From assembly GCA_963771175.1 (NCBI GenBank), contig CAVYSY010000033.1:448001-512000 (forward strand): a stretch of 64,000 nt of DNA. The letters are read 5' to 3'. The position numbers and the translations under genes were made by a program. Source of the stretch: an uncultured delta proteobacterium (GTDB taxonomy: Bacteria > Myxococcota > Myxococcia > Myxococcales > Myxococcaceae). The notes beneath the pieces are model-generated. The model ran no database searches, was not told the DNA's origin, and saw only the letters and a program-made list of their open reading frames with translations. Below are positions 30,495 through 40,434 of this stretch, in pieces (within the stretch, counting starts at the first letter, position 1; every line of letters starts with the position of its first letter).

Positions 30495-31358
30495 TCAGCC
30501 GGTGGAGAGCGCCGCCGCGAGCCGGGGGAGCACCTCACCCGCACGAGCCTCCACACGCACGTCCACCAACTCCACGCCGCGGCACTCGCCGATGTTGACG
30601 ACGCCGATGGGCATGTGGCGGTCCACGGCCCGCTGGAGGAAGCGGAAGCCCGAGTAGATGGCCAGGGACGAGCCCACCACCAGCAGCGCGTCTCCCTGCT
30701 CCAGCAACGAGAACGCCGCCTCCACGGTGGGGGGCGGAACGTTGTCGCCGAAGAACACCACGTCCGGCTTCAGCGTCCCGCCGCAACGGGTGCAGCCGGC
30801 GACCTGGAAGGCCCGCACCGCCTCGAGCGGCAGCTCGGCATCACCATCGGGCCGCGGCTCGGCGCTCCGCTCCGCGAAGCCGGGGTTGAGCGCGAGCAGA
30901 CGCTCCTGCAGCTCCGTCCGGGGCTCGACGGCCTCGCAGTCCAGACAGCGCACCCGGGCGAGTGCTCCGTGCAGCTCGATGACGCGTTGGCTGCCGGCGG
31001 CGTGGTGCAGGCGGTCCACGTTCTGGGTGATGAGGCCGAGCACGCGCCCCTCGCGCTCCATGGCCGCGAGAGCGTCGTGCGCCGCGTTCGGTCGGGCCGA
31101 CGAGAAGCGGGGCCAGCCGAGCAGACTTCGTGCCCAGTAGCGTGCACGCACCTCGGGCCTGGTGAGGAACTCACGGTGCTGGATGGGGTTGCGGGCCCGG
31201 GCGCGCGTGCCAGGCCCCCGGTAGTCCGGGATGCCCGACTCGGTGCTGCACCCGGCCCCCGTGAGCACCACGAGGCGGCGGTCCCGCAGCAGCGAGGCCA
31301 GGGCGTCCACGGCCTCGGTCGCGGTGGAGGAAAGCGGTGGTTCCAGGGGGGCGTTCAT
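30495..31358 (-). CDS. cobB: NAD-dependent protein deacylase, sirtuin class II (SIRT4-like)
   Basis: GAGCSTESGIPDYR, RYWAR, TQNVD, HG, two CxxC, RPDGD, KPDVVFFG, VGSSL. Confidence 0.92.
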   Translation of the reverse strand: MNAPLEPPLSSTATEAVDALASLLRDRRLVVLTGAGCSTESGIPDYRGPGTRARARNPIQHREFLTRPEVRARYWARSLLGWPRFSSARPNAAHDALAAMEREGRVLGLITQNVDRLHHAAGSQRVIELHGALARVRCLDCEAVEPRTELQERLLALNPGFAERSAEPRPDGDAELPLEAVRAFQVAGCTRCGGTLKPDVVFFGDNVPPPTVEAAFSLLEQGDALLVVGSSLAIYSGFRFLQRAVDRHMPIGVVNIGECRGVELVDVRVEARAGEVLPRLAAALSTG

Positions 31359-31427
31359 TCGGGGAAAATCTATAACGAGCCCCTCTCCGGGTGCGCCGGC
31401 TCCAGGCCTGGAAACCAGGCGACCTGT

Positions 31428-32819
31428 CTAGGGTCGCTCCGGCGCCTCCTCCAACACCACGTGCTTCGGCCGATGGAGGACGTACAGCAGGGCGATGCCC
31501 GCGAGGAGGCCGCCCGCGATGAGGGGCGCGCGCGCATCCGCCTCGGGGCCGAGCACCCTGCCGACAATCATCACCAGGCAGACCAGCGCACCGGCGGCCG
31601 GGACGACCACCGGCACCTCGAAGGCCCCCCGCGGCTCTCCCGGGCGGAGCTTCAGGACGAGGAGCGCCCCGTTCACCACCACGAACGCGCCCAGCAGCAG
31701 CAGCGACGTAGCATCGGCGAGCTGGCGGATGTCCCCCGCCAGCGCCAGGGTCAGCACGAGCACCAGCAGCACGAGGATGGCGACATGCGGCGTGCGGCGA
31801 ACGGGGTGGACCCGGCCCAGCCGTGCCGGGAGGAGCCCCTGCCGGGACATGCCGTACAGCAACCGGGAGCCCATGACGTAGTTGAGCAGGGCCGTGTTGG
31901 CGACCGCGAAGATGCTGATGGCCGTGAAGAGGAGGGGGGGGAAGGCGGGAGCGGCCTTGCGCACCACGTCCACCAGCGCGGCCTTGGACTGGCTCAGCTC
32001 GCGATAGGGCAGCACCGACACCGCGGTGATCGCCACCAGGAGGTAGAGAACCGTGGCGATCACCAGGGCCAGGAGCAGCCCCAGCGGCAGCAGGGTGCGC
32101 GGTCGCTTCACCTCCTCGGCGACATTGAGGATGTCCTCGAAGCCGATGAAGGAGAAGAACGTCAGCACCGCGCCCTGGAGCAGCAGTCCCAGGGAGAGGC
32201 CAGCCGCCGCGTCCCCCTGCCCCGCTGGAGGTGGCGTCTCCAGGTAGTCGACCGAGCCCCAGGAGCCCACGCCCACGGCGATGACGATGAGCAGCCCGGA
32301 GAGCTCGACCGTCGTGCAGAGGATGTTCATCCACGTGCTCTCGCGCATGCCCCGGAAGACGACGAGCGTGAGCAGCGCCAGGAAGGTGATGACGAGCACC
32401 TCGGTGGGCCACCGCACGCCCAGGGTCTGCACATAACCGGCGATGACGCGAGAGCCGGTGGCCATCGACGTCAGGCCCGAGGCCGCCACGCCCAGTCCAA
32501 TGAGGTAGGAGATGAAGGGCACCCGGAAGGCACGGTGGGCGACATAGGCCGCGCCCGCCGCGCGGGGGTAGCGAGAGCCGATGTTGGCGTAACTCAGGCC
32601 CGTCAACAGGGCGACGAGCATCGACATGACGAAGGCCAGCCAGACGGCGTTGCCCATGACCCCCGCCGCCTTGCCAATCAGCCCGTAGATGCCCGCCCCG
32701 AGCATGTCCCCCACACCGTAGACCGTCAGCGCTCCCAGGCCCATGGTCCGGACCAGGGTCGGCTCGGAGGAGGAGGAAGGAGTGTCTTCGCCTGAGGCCA
32801 TGGCCCCTGAGTTACTCAC
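31428..32819 (-). CDS. APC-family amino acid permease
   Basis: GAGIY, FIGFE..AEEVK, SRLLYGMSR; about 12 TM helices. Confidence 0.9.
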   Translation of the reverse strand: MSNSGAMASGEDTPSSSSEPTLVRTMGLGALTVYGVGDMLGAGIYGLIGKAAGVMGNAVWLAFVMSMLVALLTGLSYANIGSRYPRAAGAAYVAHRAFRVPFISYLIGLGVAASGLTSMATGSRVIAGYVQTLGVRWPTEVLVITFLALLTLVVFRGMRESTWMNILCTTVELSGLLIVIAVGVGSWGSVDYLETPPPAGQGDAAAGLSLGLLLQGAVLTFFSFIGFEDILNVAEEVKRPRTLLPLGLLLALVIATVLYLLVAITAVSVLPYRELSQSKAALVDVVRKAAPAFPPLLFTAISIFAVANTALLNYVMGSRLLYGMSRQGLLPARLGRVHPVRRTPHVAILVLLVLVLTLALAGDIRQLADATSLLLLGAFVVVNGALLVLKLRPGEPRGAFEVPVVVPAAGALVCLVMIVGRVLGPEADARAPLIAGGLLAGIALLYVLHRPKHVVLEEAPERP

Positions 32820-32957
32820 GCCCCCCGGCTCCGGGACGAGCCGCTCCCGGCGTCTCCTGTCCAGAAGCCGCTACCAGTGAAGAATGGTGGACGATGGAGG
32901 ACAGGTTCGGGGGGTTGGGGGAGGAAGGCCCGTGCGAAGGGCTGGCATCATGGAGCC

Positions 32958-33383
32958 ATGAGGAAGGTGCTCTGGCTCGTCGGCTACCTCTGGGCATTCC
33001 CAGTGACCGCGCTGGGTCTGCTGCTCGCCATGCTCTTCGCGCGCCTCGACTCGGTGGACGAGGAGTACGTCCTCCACTTCGTCGTGCAGCCCCGGGGGCC
33101 GCTCGCGTGGTACGTGCGCTGCTTCCACATCACCGCCTTCACCTTGGGTGCGGTGGTGACGTACGCCGGGGCGGATGGCCCGAGGCAGGTCCGGCTGGTG
33201 CGCCACGAGCGCGCGCACGTCATGCAGACGCTCATCCTCGGCCCGCTGTTCCTCCCCCTCTATGCCCTCTCCTCACTCTGGCAGCTCGTGCGCGGGCGTC
33301 ACCCGTACCACGACAACTGGTTCGAGGTCCGGGCGCGCGCCGCGGAAGTCCCGGGCTATCGCACGCTGCGCCTCGTCCGCTAA
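32958..33383 (+). CDS. Small membrane protein with HExxH motif
   Basis: AFTLG, RHERAHV.Q, Y.DNWFEVRA. Confidence 0.7.
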   Translation: MRKVLWLVGYLWAFPVTALGLLLAMLFARLDSVDEEYVLHFVVQPRGPLAWYVRCFHITAFTLGAVVTYAGADGPRQVRLVRHERAHVMQTLILGPLFLPLYALSSLWQLVRGRHPYHDNWFEVRARAAEVPGYRTLRLVR

Positions 33384-33424
33384 CGCTCCGCAGGGGCCTC
33401 CGTTCATGGGAGGATGGCCCCACC

Positions 33425-34009
33425 ATGCCCCCAGCCATTCGCGGCTTCATGTCCAGGATGATCCTCGACGCGGCCCGGAGCCTGCCGGCCGAGAAGCAGC
33501 GCAGGGTGTTCGCCGCCGTCCCCCCGGAGGTGGTCTCGCTCATCGAATCCACGCCGCGGCTGGGCTGGGTCCCCCTCGACGAGAACCTCAAGCTGTCGGA
33601 CGCCCTGCACCAGGTGCTGGGGGACCCGGGCTTCCGCAACTTCTTCGCGAGCGTCTCGGACCGCATGCTGGCCTACCCGTTGCTGCAGTCGTTCTTCGAC
33701 GGGGCCATCCGGCTCTTCGGCCTGACGCCCCAGGCCATGCTGAAGTGGTCCACCTATGCATGGGAGCAGGCGTTCCGGGACAGCGGGAAGCTCCTGTATC
33801 AGCCCCTCCGGGAGGCAATGGACAAGGGGCATGTCCAGATGGTGCTGGAAGGCTTCCCGTCCGGGATGCTGCGCACGGGCACCTTCCCGGAGTCGCTCGC
33901 GGGGACCTTCGACCTGTTCCTGCGGCGGGTGTCCAAGAAAGGCCAGGTGAACATCCTCAGCGTCGAGCTGTCCAAGGGACGTGTGCTCTACGACATCACC
34001 TGGGACTAG
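33425..34009 (+). CDS. Hypothetical protein (myxobacterial DUF2378-like ligand-binding fold?)
   Basis: GGAGG RBS; WVPL motif; C-terminal YDITW. Confidence 0.65.
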   Translation: MPPAIRGFMSRMILDAARSLPAEKQRRVFAAVPPEVVSLIESTPRLGWVPLDENLKLSDALHQVLGDPGFRNFFASVSDRMLAYPLLQSFFDGAIRLFGLTPQAMLKWSTYAWEQAFRDSGKLLYQPLREAMDKGHVQMVLEGFPSGMLRTGTFPESLAGTFDLFLRRVSKKGQVNILSVELSKGRVLYDITWD

Positions 34010-34060
34010 CCAGTTCCGCCGGCTCAGAACACTCCGTCGAAGAGCCGCCAGCCCGCCTCG

Positions 34061-34090
34061 TGACGCAACGCACCAAGCTGACGCAACGCA
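34061..34090. promoter_or_regulatory. 12-bp direct repeat, candidate regulator site
   Basis: TGACGCAACGCA at 34061 and 34079, upstream of an AT-rich promoter-like stretch. Confidence 0.5.
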
Positions 34091-34237
34091 TGGGGGAACG
34101 CTCCTGGGAAGTACCCGCGCTACTGGATTCAACCCAAACATTATCAAGCATCAGAACTTCATGTTATACCAGTGAAGCCGGCGAATCCGCCGAGCCCCGC
34201 CTCACACACTCATCCCAATCTCCCCCCAGGAGCATCC

Positions 34238-35314
34238 ATGTTCACCCGATCCAACGGGCAAGGCACGTCCCTTGCCGTGGCGCTCGCGGCCAGCCTCGCC
34301 GTGGGCGGCACCGCCGCTGCCAGCACCCTCAACCAGAACACCTCGTGGACCGTCACCCGCACGGGCGCGACCTCGACGTATCGCGTCGTGGCCTACGGCG
34401 ACTCCATCTTCGCGGGCTACAACGGCTCCATCTTCAACGTGGCCCGGCGCGCGGCGCCCGTCGTCGAGGGCGAGTACCTGGCCAAGGACTTCCTCAGCAA
34501 CATCGAGATCGTCCGCCGCACCAAGTCCGGCGCCAAGGCCGACGACATCTATAACAACAAGATCATCGCCGAGCGCTCGTACATGCAGGCGGCCAACACC
34601 CGCGTGGTGATGTTCGAGATGTGCGGCAACGACTACCTGCAGGCGCGCTCTGCCTTCACGGACCAGACGGGCACCTGCAGCTATGCCGGCCTGGACACGG
34701 CCCTGGCCAACTGCACCTCGTACATGGAGAAGGCCATGCAGGCCATCAACACGTACGCGACCGCGGCCAAGGCCAAGATCGTCATGAACATCTATTACCC
34801 GGGTTACGCCGCGGACAACGTGCTCACCAACTGCACGGACTCCGCCACCGGGGCCAAGGTGAACAAGCAGTCCAAGTTCCTGCCCTACCTGGCCAAGAGC
34901 AACTGGCGGACCTGCAGCCTGGCGGCGAAGTACGGCTTCCAGTGCGCCGACTCGTTCGCCGATTACATGGGCGCCGACTACGACTCCAACGGTGACGGAC
35001 AGATCGACCGCGACGCCCTCCGCTACATCGCGGGCGAGACCGAGGCCAACTACGTCAACCGCATCACCACCACGCTGCGCTCGACCCTCCGCGACGCCAA
35101 CACGCACTTCGTCAGCTCGAGCGCCAGCTACGACTACATCCAGTCGGACAACACCCACCCGACCTACTACGGCACGACCATGAGCGGCACGAGCTCCGGC
35201 GCTCCGGCCTTCACCGACACGCAGATCGTGAACGGCAAGAACCCCGAGTGGAACAAGTGGGGCCATGAGCGCGCCGGCTGGCTCATGTCCACGATGGACC
35301 CGGCCACGCCGTAA
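34238..35314 (+). CDS. Secreted SGNH/GDSL hydrolase
   Basis: Signal peptide, GDSI, GND, DNTH; DSNGDGQID Ca-binding-like loop. Confidence 0.85.
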   Translation: MFTRSNGQGTSLAVALAASLAVGGTAAASTLNQNTSWTVTRTGATSTYRVVAYGDSIFAGYNGSIFNVARRAAPVVEGEYLAKDFLSNIEIVRRTKSGAKADDIYNNKIIAERSYMQAANTRVVMFEMCGNDYLQARSAFTDQTGTCSYAGLDTALANCTSYMEKAMQAINTYATAAKAKIVMNIYYPGYAADNVLTNCTDSATGAKVNKQSKFLPYLAKSNWRTCSLAAKYGFQCADSFADYMGADYDSNGDGQIDRDALRYIAGETEANYVNRITTTLRSTLRDANTHFVSSSASYDYIQSDNTHPTYYGTTMSGTSSGAPAFTDTQIVNGKNPEWNKWGHERAGWLMSTMDPATP

Positions 35315-35326
35315 CCTGCCCTCCAT

Positions 35327-35368
35327 CCCCGTCCCTCTCCCCGCGCGGGAGGGGGTCGGGGTGAGGGG
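35327..35368. repeat. REP-like extragenic palindrome
   Basis: CCCTCTCCCC-GCGC-GGGAGGGGGTCGGGGTGAGGGG, resembling the widespread CCCTCACCCC..CCCTCTCCC..GGGAGAGGG repeat class. Confidence 0.65.
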
Positions 35369-35439
35369 ACTCCGAGGATGGAGCCGCGTGGCCCGGATGA
35401 TAGGGTGCGCGCCCACGGCGGCAGGACGCCGCGCTCCGG

Positions 35440-36882
35440 ATGACCCCCTCCCCCACTCTGGCCTCGCCCCCTTCTCCCTCACGGACCGTCACCGCGGAAG
35501 GCGTGTTCGCCCCGCTGGTGCTCGCCGGCCATGCGCTGCTGGCCTTCGCGCTGGCGCGGACGCGGGGGCACTACAACGGTGACTTCATCTTCGTCGTGGG
35601 TGGGGCCCTGCTGCTCTGGCTCGTGGGGATGGGCGTGTCGCGTCAGTCCCCGGCGGAGGCGGTGCGCGCCAGGACGCGCGCCTGGGCCTGGGGCGTGGCA
35701 GCCTTCTTCACCCTCTACAACCTCGTCCTCGAGCCGGGAACCAACCTGAAGGCCGGAGCCGACTCTCGGCCCTTCGTGCTCCTGGGCGGTATCGCGGTGC
35801 TGCTCGTGGGAAGCTGTGTCTCGCCCACGGCCCCCTCCTCGCGCTTCCTCCGGCTGCTGCGCGGAGCACGCACGGTCGGGTTCTTCGTGCTTCCGCTCGC
35901 GCTCGGGCTACAGCTCATCGCCGCCTCACCCTCGCCCCAGATCGACGTCTGGGAGATCCACCAGCAGGGGGCGCGCTCGCTGCTGAGTGGCCTGCCCGTC
36001 TACGGCGGAGCCCTCCAGACCGTCGACTCGTACACCTTCGCGAGGGCCATCGACTCCTACGCCTACCCGCCGCTCAACCTCCTCCTCACCACCGCCGCAT
36101 ATGCACTCACGGGAGAGACGCGGCATGCGCAGCTCGTCTGCATGGTGCTCGGGGCCTTCTTCTTCTGGCGTGCCGCGCGGCGCCAGGTGGAGCCGGGGGA
36201 TGCGCTCCCCGAGCTGCTCGTGGCCTGTCTTCTCTTCCACCCGAGGGGCCTCTTCACGCTGGAGCAGGCCTGGGGCGAGCCACTCGCGCTGCCCTTCCTC
36301 GGCGCCTTCGTGTACTTCCTGGGCGAGGGCCGGAGGACGGCCGCCGCGGTGGCCCTCGGGCTGCTCTGCGCGACGAAGCAGCACTTCGTGCTGTACCTGC
36401 CCTTCGCCCTGCTGCTGCCCGGGGTGGGTTGGCGGGGCGTGGCCATCGCGGTGGGGACGGCGGCGGCCACCTTCGTGCCCTTCCTCGCATGGACGCCGGG
36501 AGGCCTGTGGAGGGATCTGGTGGTGCACCATCTCACCAACCCCTTCCGGCCGGACTCGCTCTCGCTCACGGCCTGGTTCTTCCACCGGGGACAGAGCCTG
36601 CCGGGGTGGCTCGGGTTCGCGGGCACACTGGCTGTATGGGCGCTGACGCTCCGGCACCGACATCGGCCCGAGGCCGTCCTGCTGGGGAGCGCGGTGGCCT
36701 TCGGGGTGTTCTTCTTCCTGGGACGGCAGGCGTTCTGCAACTACTACTACCAGGTGGGCGCCACAGTGCTCGCGGCGGTCATCGCCTCCATGCGGAGCCC
36801 CACGGCCCGGGAGGGGCAAGGGGCCGGGCCCGGCGTCCCGGAGCGGGCTGGCGCCACTGGCACGCCCCCGCTGGCGGCCTGA
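35440..36882 (+). CDS. Polytopic membrane protein, GT-C/GT87-like glycosyltransferase
   Basis: IDV, YAYPP, TKQ, FCNYY; many TM helices. Confidence 0.65.
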   Translation: MTPSPTLASPPSPSRTVTAEGVFAPLVLAGHALLAFALARTRGHYNGDFIFVVGGALLLWLVGMGVSRQSPAEAVRARTRAWAWGVAAFFTLYNLVLEPGTNLKAGADSRPFVLLGGIAVLLVGSCVSPTAPSSRFLRLLRGARTVGFFVLPLALGLQLIAASPSPQIDVWEIHQQGARSLLSGLPVYGGALQTVDSYTFARAIDSYAYPPLNLLLTTAAYALTGETRHAQLVCMVLGAFFFWRAARRQVEPGDALPELLVACLLFHPRGLFTLEQAWGEPLALPFLGAFVYFLGEGRRTAAAVALGLLCATKQHFVLYLPFALLLPGVGWRGVAIAVGTAAATFVPFLAWTPGGLWRDLVVHHLTNPFRPDSLSLTAWFFHRGQSLPGWLGFAGTLAVWALTLRHRHRPEAVLLGSAVAFGVFFFLGRQAFCNYYYQVGATVLAAVIASMRSPTAREGQGAGPGVPERAGATGTPPLAA

Positions 36883-36944
36883 CGCGCGAGCCGCGGGGCA
36901 GAGCCCTCAACAGCCCAGGTGTTCCTGGGTATAGGGTGCGAACC

Positions 36945-37751
36945 ATGAATCAGATGCTGGAGCTTCGAGGCCGGTGGACCCTCATCACCGGGGCGTCGTC
37001 CGGGCTGGGCGTGGAAATCGCCCGGACCATCGCAAGGGACCATGGCGGCCATGTCCTCCTGGTGGCGCGGCGGCGCGACCGGCTGGAGGCGCTGTGCGAG
37101 GAGCTGCGCTCGCGACATGGGGTGCAGGCCGCCTGCATCGCGGCCGACCTGTCGCGCCCCGAGGACGTGGAGCGCATCTTCACCGAGGCCACGCACGAGC
37201 GGGACATCCACGCCGTCATCCTCAACGCCGGCGTGACGTACTGGGGCGAGGCGATGAAGCTGGGCTGGAGCGAGTTCCAGGCCATGCTGGACACCAACGT
37301 CACCAGCATGGTGCGGCTCTCCAGCCTCTTCATGCCCTACCTCGTCGAGCGCAAGACGCGGGGCGGGCTGCTGCTCGTCTCCAGCGTGGCGGGGCTCATC
37401 CCGGTGCCGTACCAGGCGGCCTACAGCGGCACCAAGGCCTTCGTCACCAGCTACGGGCAGTGCCTCGGGCAGGAGGTGCGGCACACGGGTGTATCCGTCA
37501 CCGTCTTCGCCCCGGGAGGCATCGCCACGGAGCTGCTGGACAAGGCCGGACTGTCCAACCGCTTCAAGGCGGGCGACCTGGGAGTGATGAGCGCCGAGGC
37601 GTGCGCCGCCCACGCGGTGCGGGCCTTCATCCGCCGCAAGGAGCTCTACGTCCCCGGGCTGCTCAACCAGACGCTGGCCCTGGCCGCCAAGGTGCTCCCG
37701 CGCGGCTTCATGGCCCAGCGCACCGCCGCCATGTACAAGCCCGAGCGCTGA
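36945..37751 (+). CDS. SDR family oxidoreductase
   Basis: TGASSGLG, NAG, YSGTK. Confidence 0.92.
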   Translation: MNQMLELRGRWTLITGASSGLGVEIARTIARDHGGHVLLVARRRDRLEALCEELRSRHGVQAACIAADLSRPEDVERIFTEATHERDIHAVILNAGVTYWGEAMKLGWSEFQAMLDTNVTSMVRLSSLFMPYLVERKTRGGLLLVSSVAGLIPVPYQAAYSGTKAFVTSYGQCLGQEVRHTGVSVTVFAPGGIATELLDKAGLSNRFKAGDLGVMSAEACAAHAVRAFIRRKELYVPGLLNQTLALAAKVLPRGFMAQRTAAMYKPER

Positions 37752-37777
37752 GCCGCCTCGCGCTCCGGGTCTTCCCC

Positions 37778-38962
37778 TCACACGTGTCGGGGCCGGCGCC
37801 AGAAGGGAGGGCGCCAGGAGCCTCGTTTCTGGAGCTGCTCCGCCACATCTCCCTTCAGGGGCAGGTTGAGGCGCTCTCGCCGGAGCAGGAGCAGCTCGCG
37901 GATGACGATCTGACAGGTGCCCACGATGGGCACCGCCAGGAAGGCGCCGAGCACGCCAGCCAGCTCGGCGAAGAGGATGATGCCGAGCAGCGTCACCAGC
38001 GGGTTGAGTGCCACGGCGCGCTTGTAGATGATGGGCGCGAGCACGTGGTTCTCGAACTGTTGGTAGAGGATGACGTAGACGCCCACCGCCAGGAAGTCCC
38101 ACACCCCACCCGAGGCGAGGGCCACCAGCGACAGGATGATGCCCGCGAGCGTGGCCCCCACCAGGGGAATGAGACTGCCCAGGCCGGAGAGGATGCCGAG
38201 TGGCAGGAAGTAGGGAACGCCGAGGATGGCCAGGAAGGTGGTGGCGCAGATGGAATTCACCACGGCGATGATGGCCAGCCCGCCGAGGTAGCCCCCCACC
38301 GAGGTGTACACCTTGCCCAGCACCCGCTCGTAGCGCTCGCGGTGGGCCGGGAGGGACTCGGCGAGCGCGCCCCGCACCAGGCGGCCGCCGTAGATGAGCA
38401 TGAAGATGACGAGGAAGAGCACGGTGACGACGGCGCCCACCCCGGCCAGCACACTGCCCACCACGTGCAGCGCGGGATCCACGGCCCGCTGCAACAGCGA
38501 GGACTCTCCCTGCCCGAGCGCGCCCAACCGCTGGTCGAGGTCCACGCGCGCATTGAGCCCCTGGTAGAGGGACGTCTGTTGGACGCGCTCACTGAGCTCT
38601 GGCAGGCGCTCGGCCAGCTCCCGGACCTGCGCCACCGCGGAAGGGACGATGAGGAAGCTCGCGCCGACGATCGCCCCCAACAGCCCCCCCATCACCAGCC
38701 CGATGGCCAGCGGTCGCCTCACCCCCCACCTCTCCAGCAGCGCCACCGCGTGGTTGAGCGCCACCGCCAGCAGGACGGCCGTCACGGTGAGGGTGAGGGT
38801 CACGATGCCATGGAGCAGCAGGTAGATGGCCGCCACTACGCCCACGACGCTGGCGCAGATGGTGAGCACGGTCTTCACCGTCACCTGGGAGCGCGGCACG
38901 GGCACCGGCTCACGGTCATTCACCGGCTCGATGGACGGACGGACGGGCCTCTCGGGCTCCAC
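37778..38962 (-). CDS. AI-2E family transporter
   Basis: IPLVGA, QQFENHVLAP, GVLGAFLAVP; GTG start near AGGGAGAGG. Confidence 0.88.
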   Translation of the reverse strand: MEPERPVRPSIEPVNDREPVPVPRSQVTVKTVLTICASVVGVVAAIYLLLHGIVTLTLTVTAVLLAVALNHAVALLERWGVRRPLAIGLVMGGLLGAIVGASFLIVPSAVAQVRELAERLPELSERVQQTSLYQGLNARVDLDQRLGALGQGESSLLQRAVDPALHVVGSVLAGVGAVVTVLFLVIFMLIYGGRLVRGALAESLPAHRERYERVLGKVYTSVGGYLGGLAIIAVVNSICATTFLAILGVPYFLPLGILSGLGSLIPLVGATLAGIILSLVALASGGVWDFLAVGVYVILYQQFENHVLAPIIYKRAVALNPLVTLLGIILFAELAGVLGAFLAVPIVGTCQIVIRELLLLRRERLNLPLKGDVAEQLQKRGSWRPPFWRRPRHV

Positions 38963-39245
38963 TCTCACCTCTCCCTGGTGACACGGGCCTGCGAGAAAGC
39001 TGGGGCTCCGCCGGCCGTAGCGGCAGTGCTCGAAGCCACCGGGGGAGCCAACCGCCCGCTCGCCCGGATGCCCTTGGATAAGGTGCCCTCGGTCCCCGCC
39101 CCTGCTCCGAAAAGTTCCCCTCATGGGGGAGGCTCCTCTCGGTTATCGGCCGGCGGTCCACTCGGGCCCCGCCTCTCAGCGAGCCATGCGCTCGGGGCAA
39201 GGTCGTACGCTCCGGCAGGGAGCACGCGACTAGAATGCCGCCGCG

Positions 39246-40373
39246 ATGCGCGACAACCGTTGGACCGATGAATTTCTCGAGGACTTCCGCCAGCAGGGCG
39301 ACCCACTCGCGGACGAGACCGTGAAGAACCTGTTCCGTCAGGGGCAGGTGGAGACCGCCAACGCGTTGATGAAGCAGCTCATCCGGAACGACCAACTCGT
39401 GCCCGACACGCTGCCCGCGCCGCTGCGTGAGTACCTCGTGAACACCGAGAGCCTGCCGTCATGGGCGGACCCGGAGCTCATCCTCCAGGGAGAGGCACTG
39501 TTCGGCCGGTACGGGCCGCAGGCGGTCGTCTCCCTCTTCTGCGGGGCCCTGCCGGCGAGCTACGCGGCGGCGAAGGGCGTCCAGGTCATCCACCTCACCG
39601 CCCGGCTGGCGACGAACCCCTTCCGCCGCATCATGGAGACGGCGCAGATGCTGATGGACGTGATGGCCCCGGGTGGCCTCGAGCCGGGCGGCACCGGCAT
39701 CCGGAGCGCGCAGAAGGTGCGGCTGATGCACGCGGCGGTGCGCCACCTCATCCTGGAGAGCGGCGAGTGGAACCCCGAGTGGGGACACCCCATCAACCAG
39801 GAGGACCTGGCGGGGACGCTCGCCGACTTCTCGTACGCTGTCATCGTGGGCATGGAGAAGCTGGGCTGCACGCTGTCCGCGCGGGAGCAGAACGCCTACT
39901 TCCACTGCTGGAGGGTGGTGGGGCACGTGCTGGGGTTGGACCCGACCGTGCTCCCGGAGGACATGGAGGACTGCGCGGCGCTCGCCCAGGCCATCCAGCG
40001 ACGCCACTTCCGCGCGAGCCCCGAGGGGCAGGAGCTCACACGCGCGCTCATCGAGATGGCCGAGCACGTCACGCCGGGCGACCTCTTCGATGGACTGGCG
40101 GCCTCGCTCATCCGCCACATCCTGGGCGAGGAGATCGCCGAGATGCTGAAGGTGCCGCCCGCGGACTGGACCCGGCACCTGATCGGCCCGCTCGCGCTGC
40201 TGGGGAAGGCCTCGGACGAGCTGGGAGACCGCTCCCGGGCGATGGCGAAGCTCGCGGAGCTGTTCGGCCGGAAGCTGGTGGAGGGAATGATATGGATGAA
40301 CCGCGGTGCCGAGCGGCCTCCGTTCCGTATCCCCCACGCGCTGCGGGAGGCGTGGAACGTGGAAGGCCGGTAG
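39246..40373 (+). CDS. DUF2236 / MpaB-Lcp-like heme oxygenase family protein
   Basis: GDPLAD, RIMET, VRLMHAAVR, PINQED. Confidence 0.85.
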   Translation: MRDNRWTDEFLEDFRQQGDPLADETVKNLFRQGQVETANALMKQLIRNDQLVPDTLPAPLREYLVNTESLPSWADPELILQGEALFGRYGPQAVVSLFCGALPASYAAAKGVQVIHLTARLATNPFRRIMETAQMLMDVMAPGGLEPGGTGIRSAQKVRLMHAAVRHLILESGEWNPEWGHPINQEDLAGTLADFSYAVIVGMEKLGCTLSAREQNAYFHCWRVVGHVLGLDPTVLPEDMEDCAALAQAIQRRHFRASPEGQELTRALIEMAEHVTPGDLFDGLAASLIRHILGEEIAEMLKVPPADWTRHLIGPLALLGKASDELGDRSRAMAKLAELFGRKLVEGMIWMNRGAERPPFRIPHALREAWNVEGR

Positions 40374-40434
40374 TGGCTAGAGTGAGCGCGCGCGAGCGGT
40401 TGCTGAACGAGCACCCGCCTGGCGGGGAGACACG

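Noticed and set aside
39246..40373. Secreted latex-clearing protein (Lcp)
   Set aside because: Shares RxxET and the heme His motif but has no Tat signal; only the family-level call is supportable.
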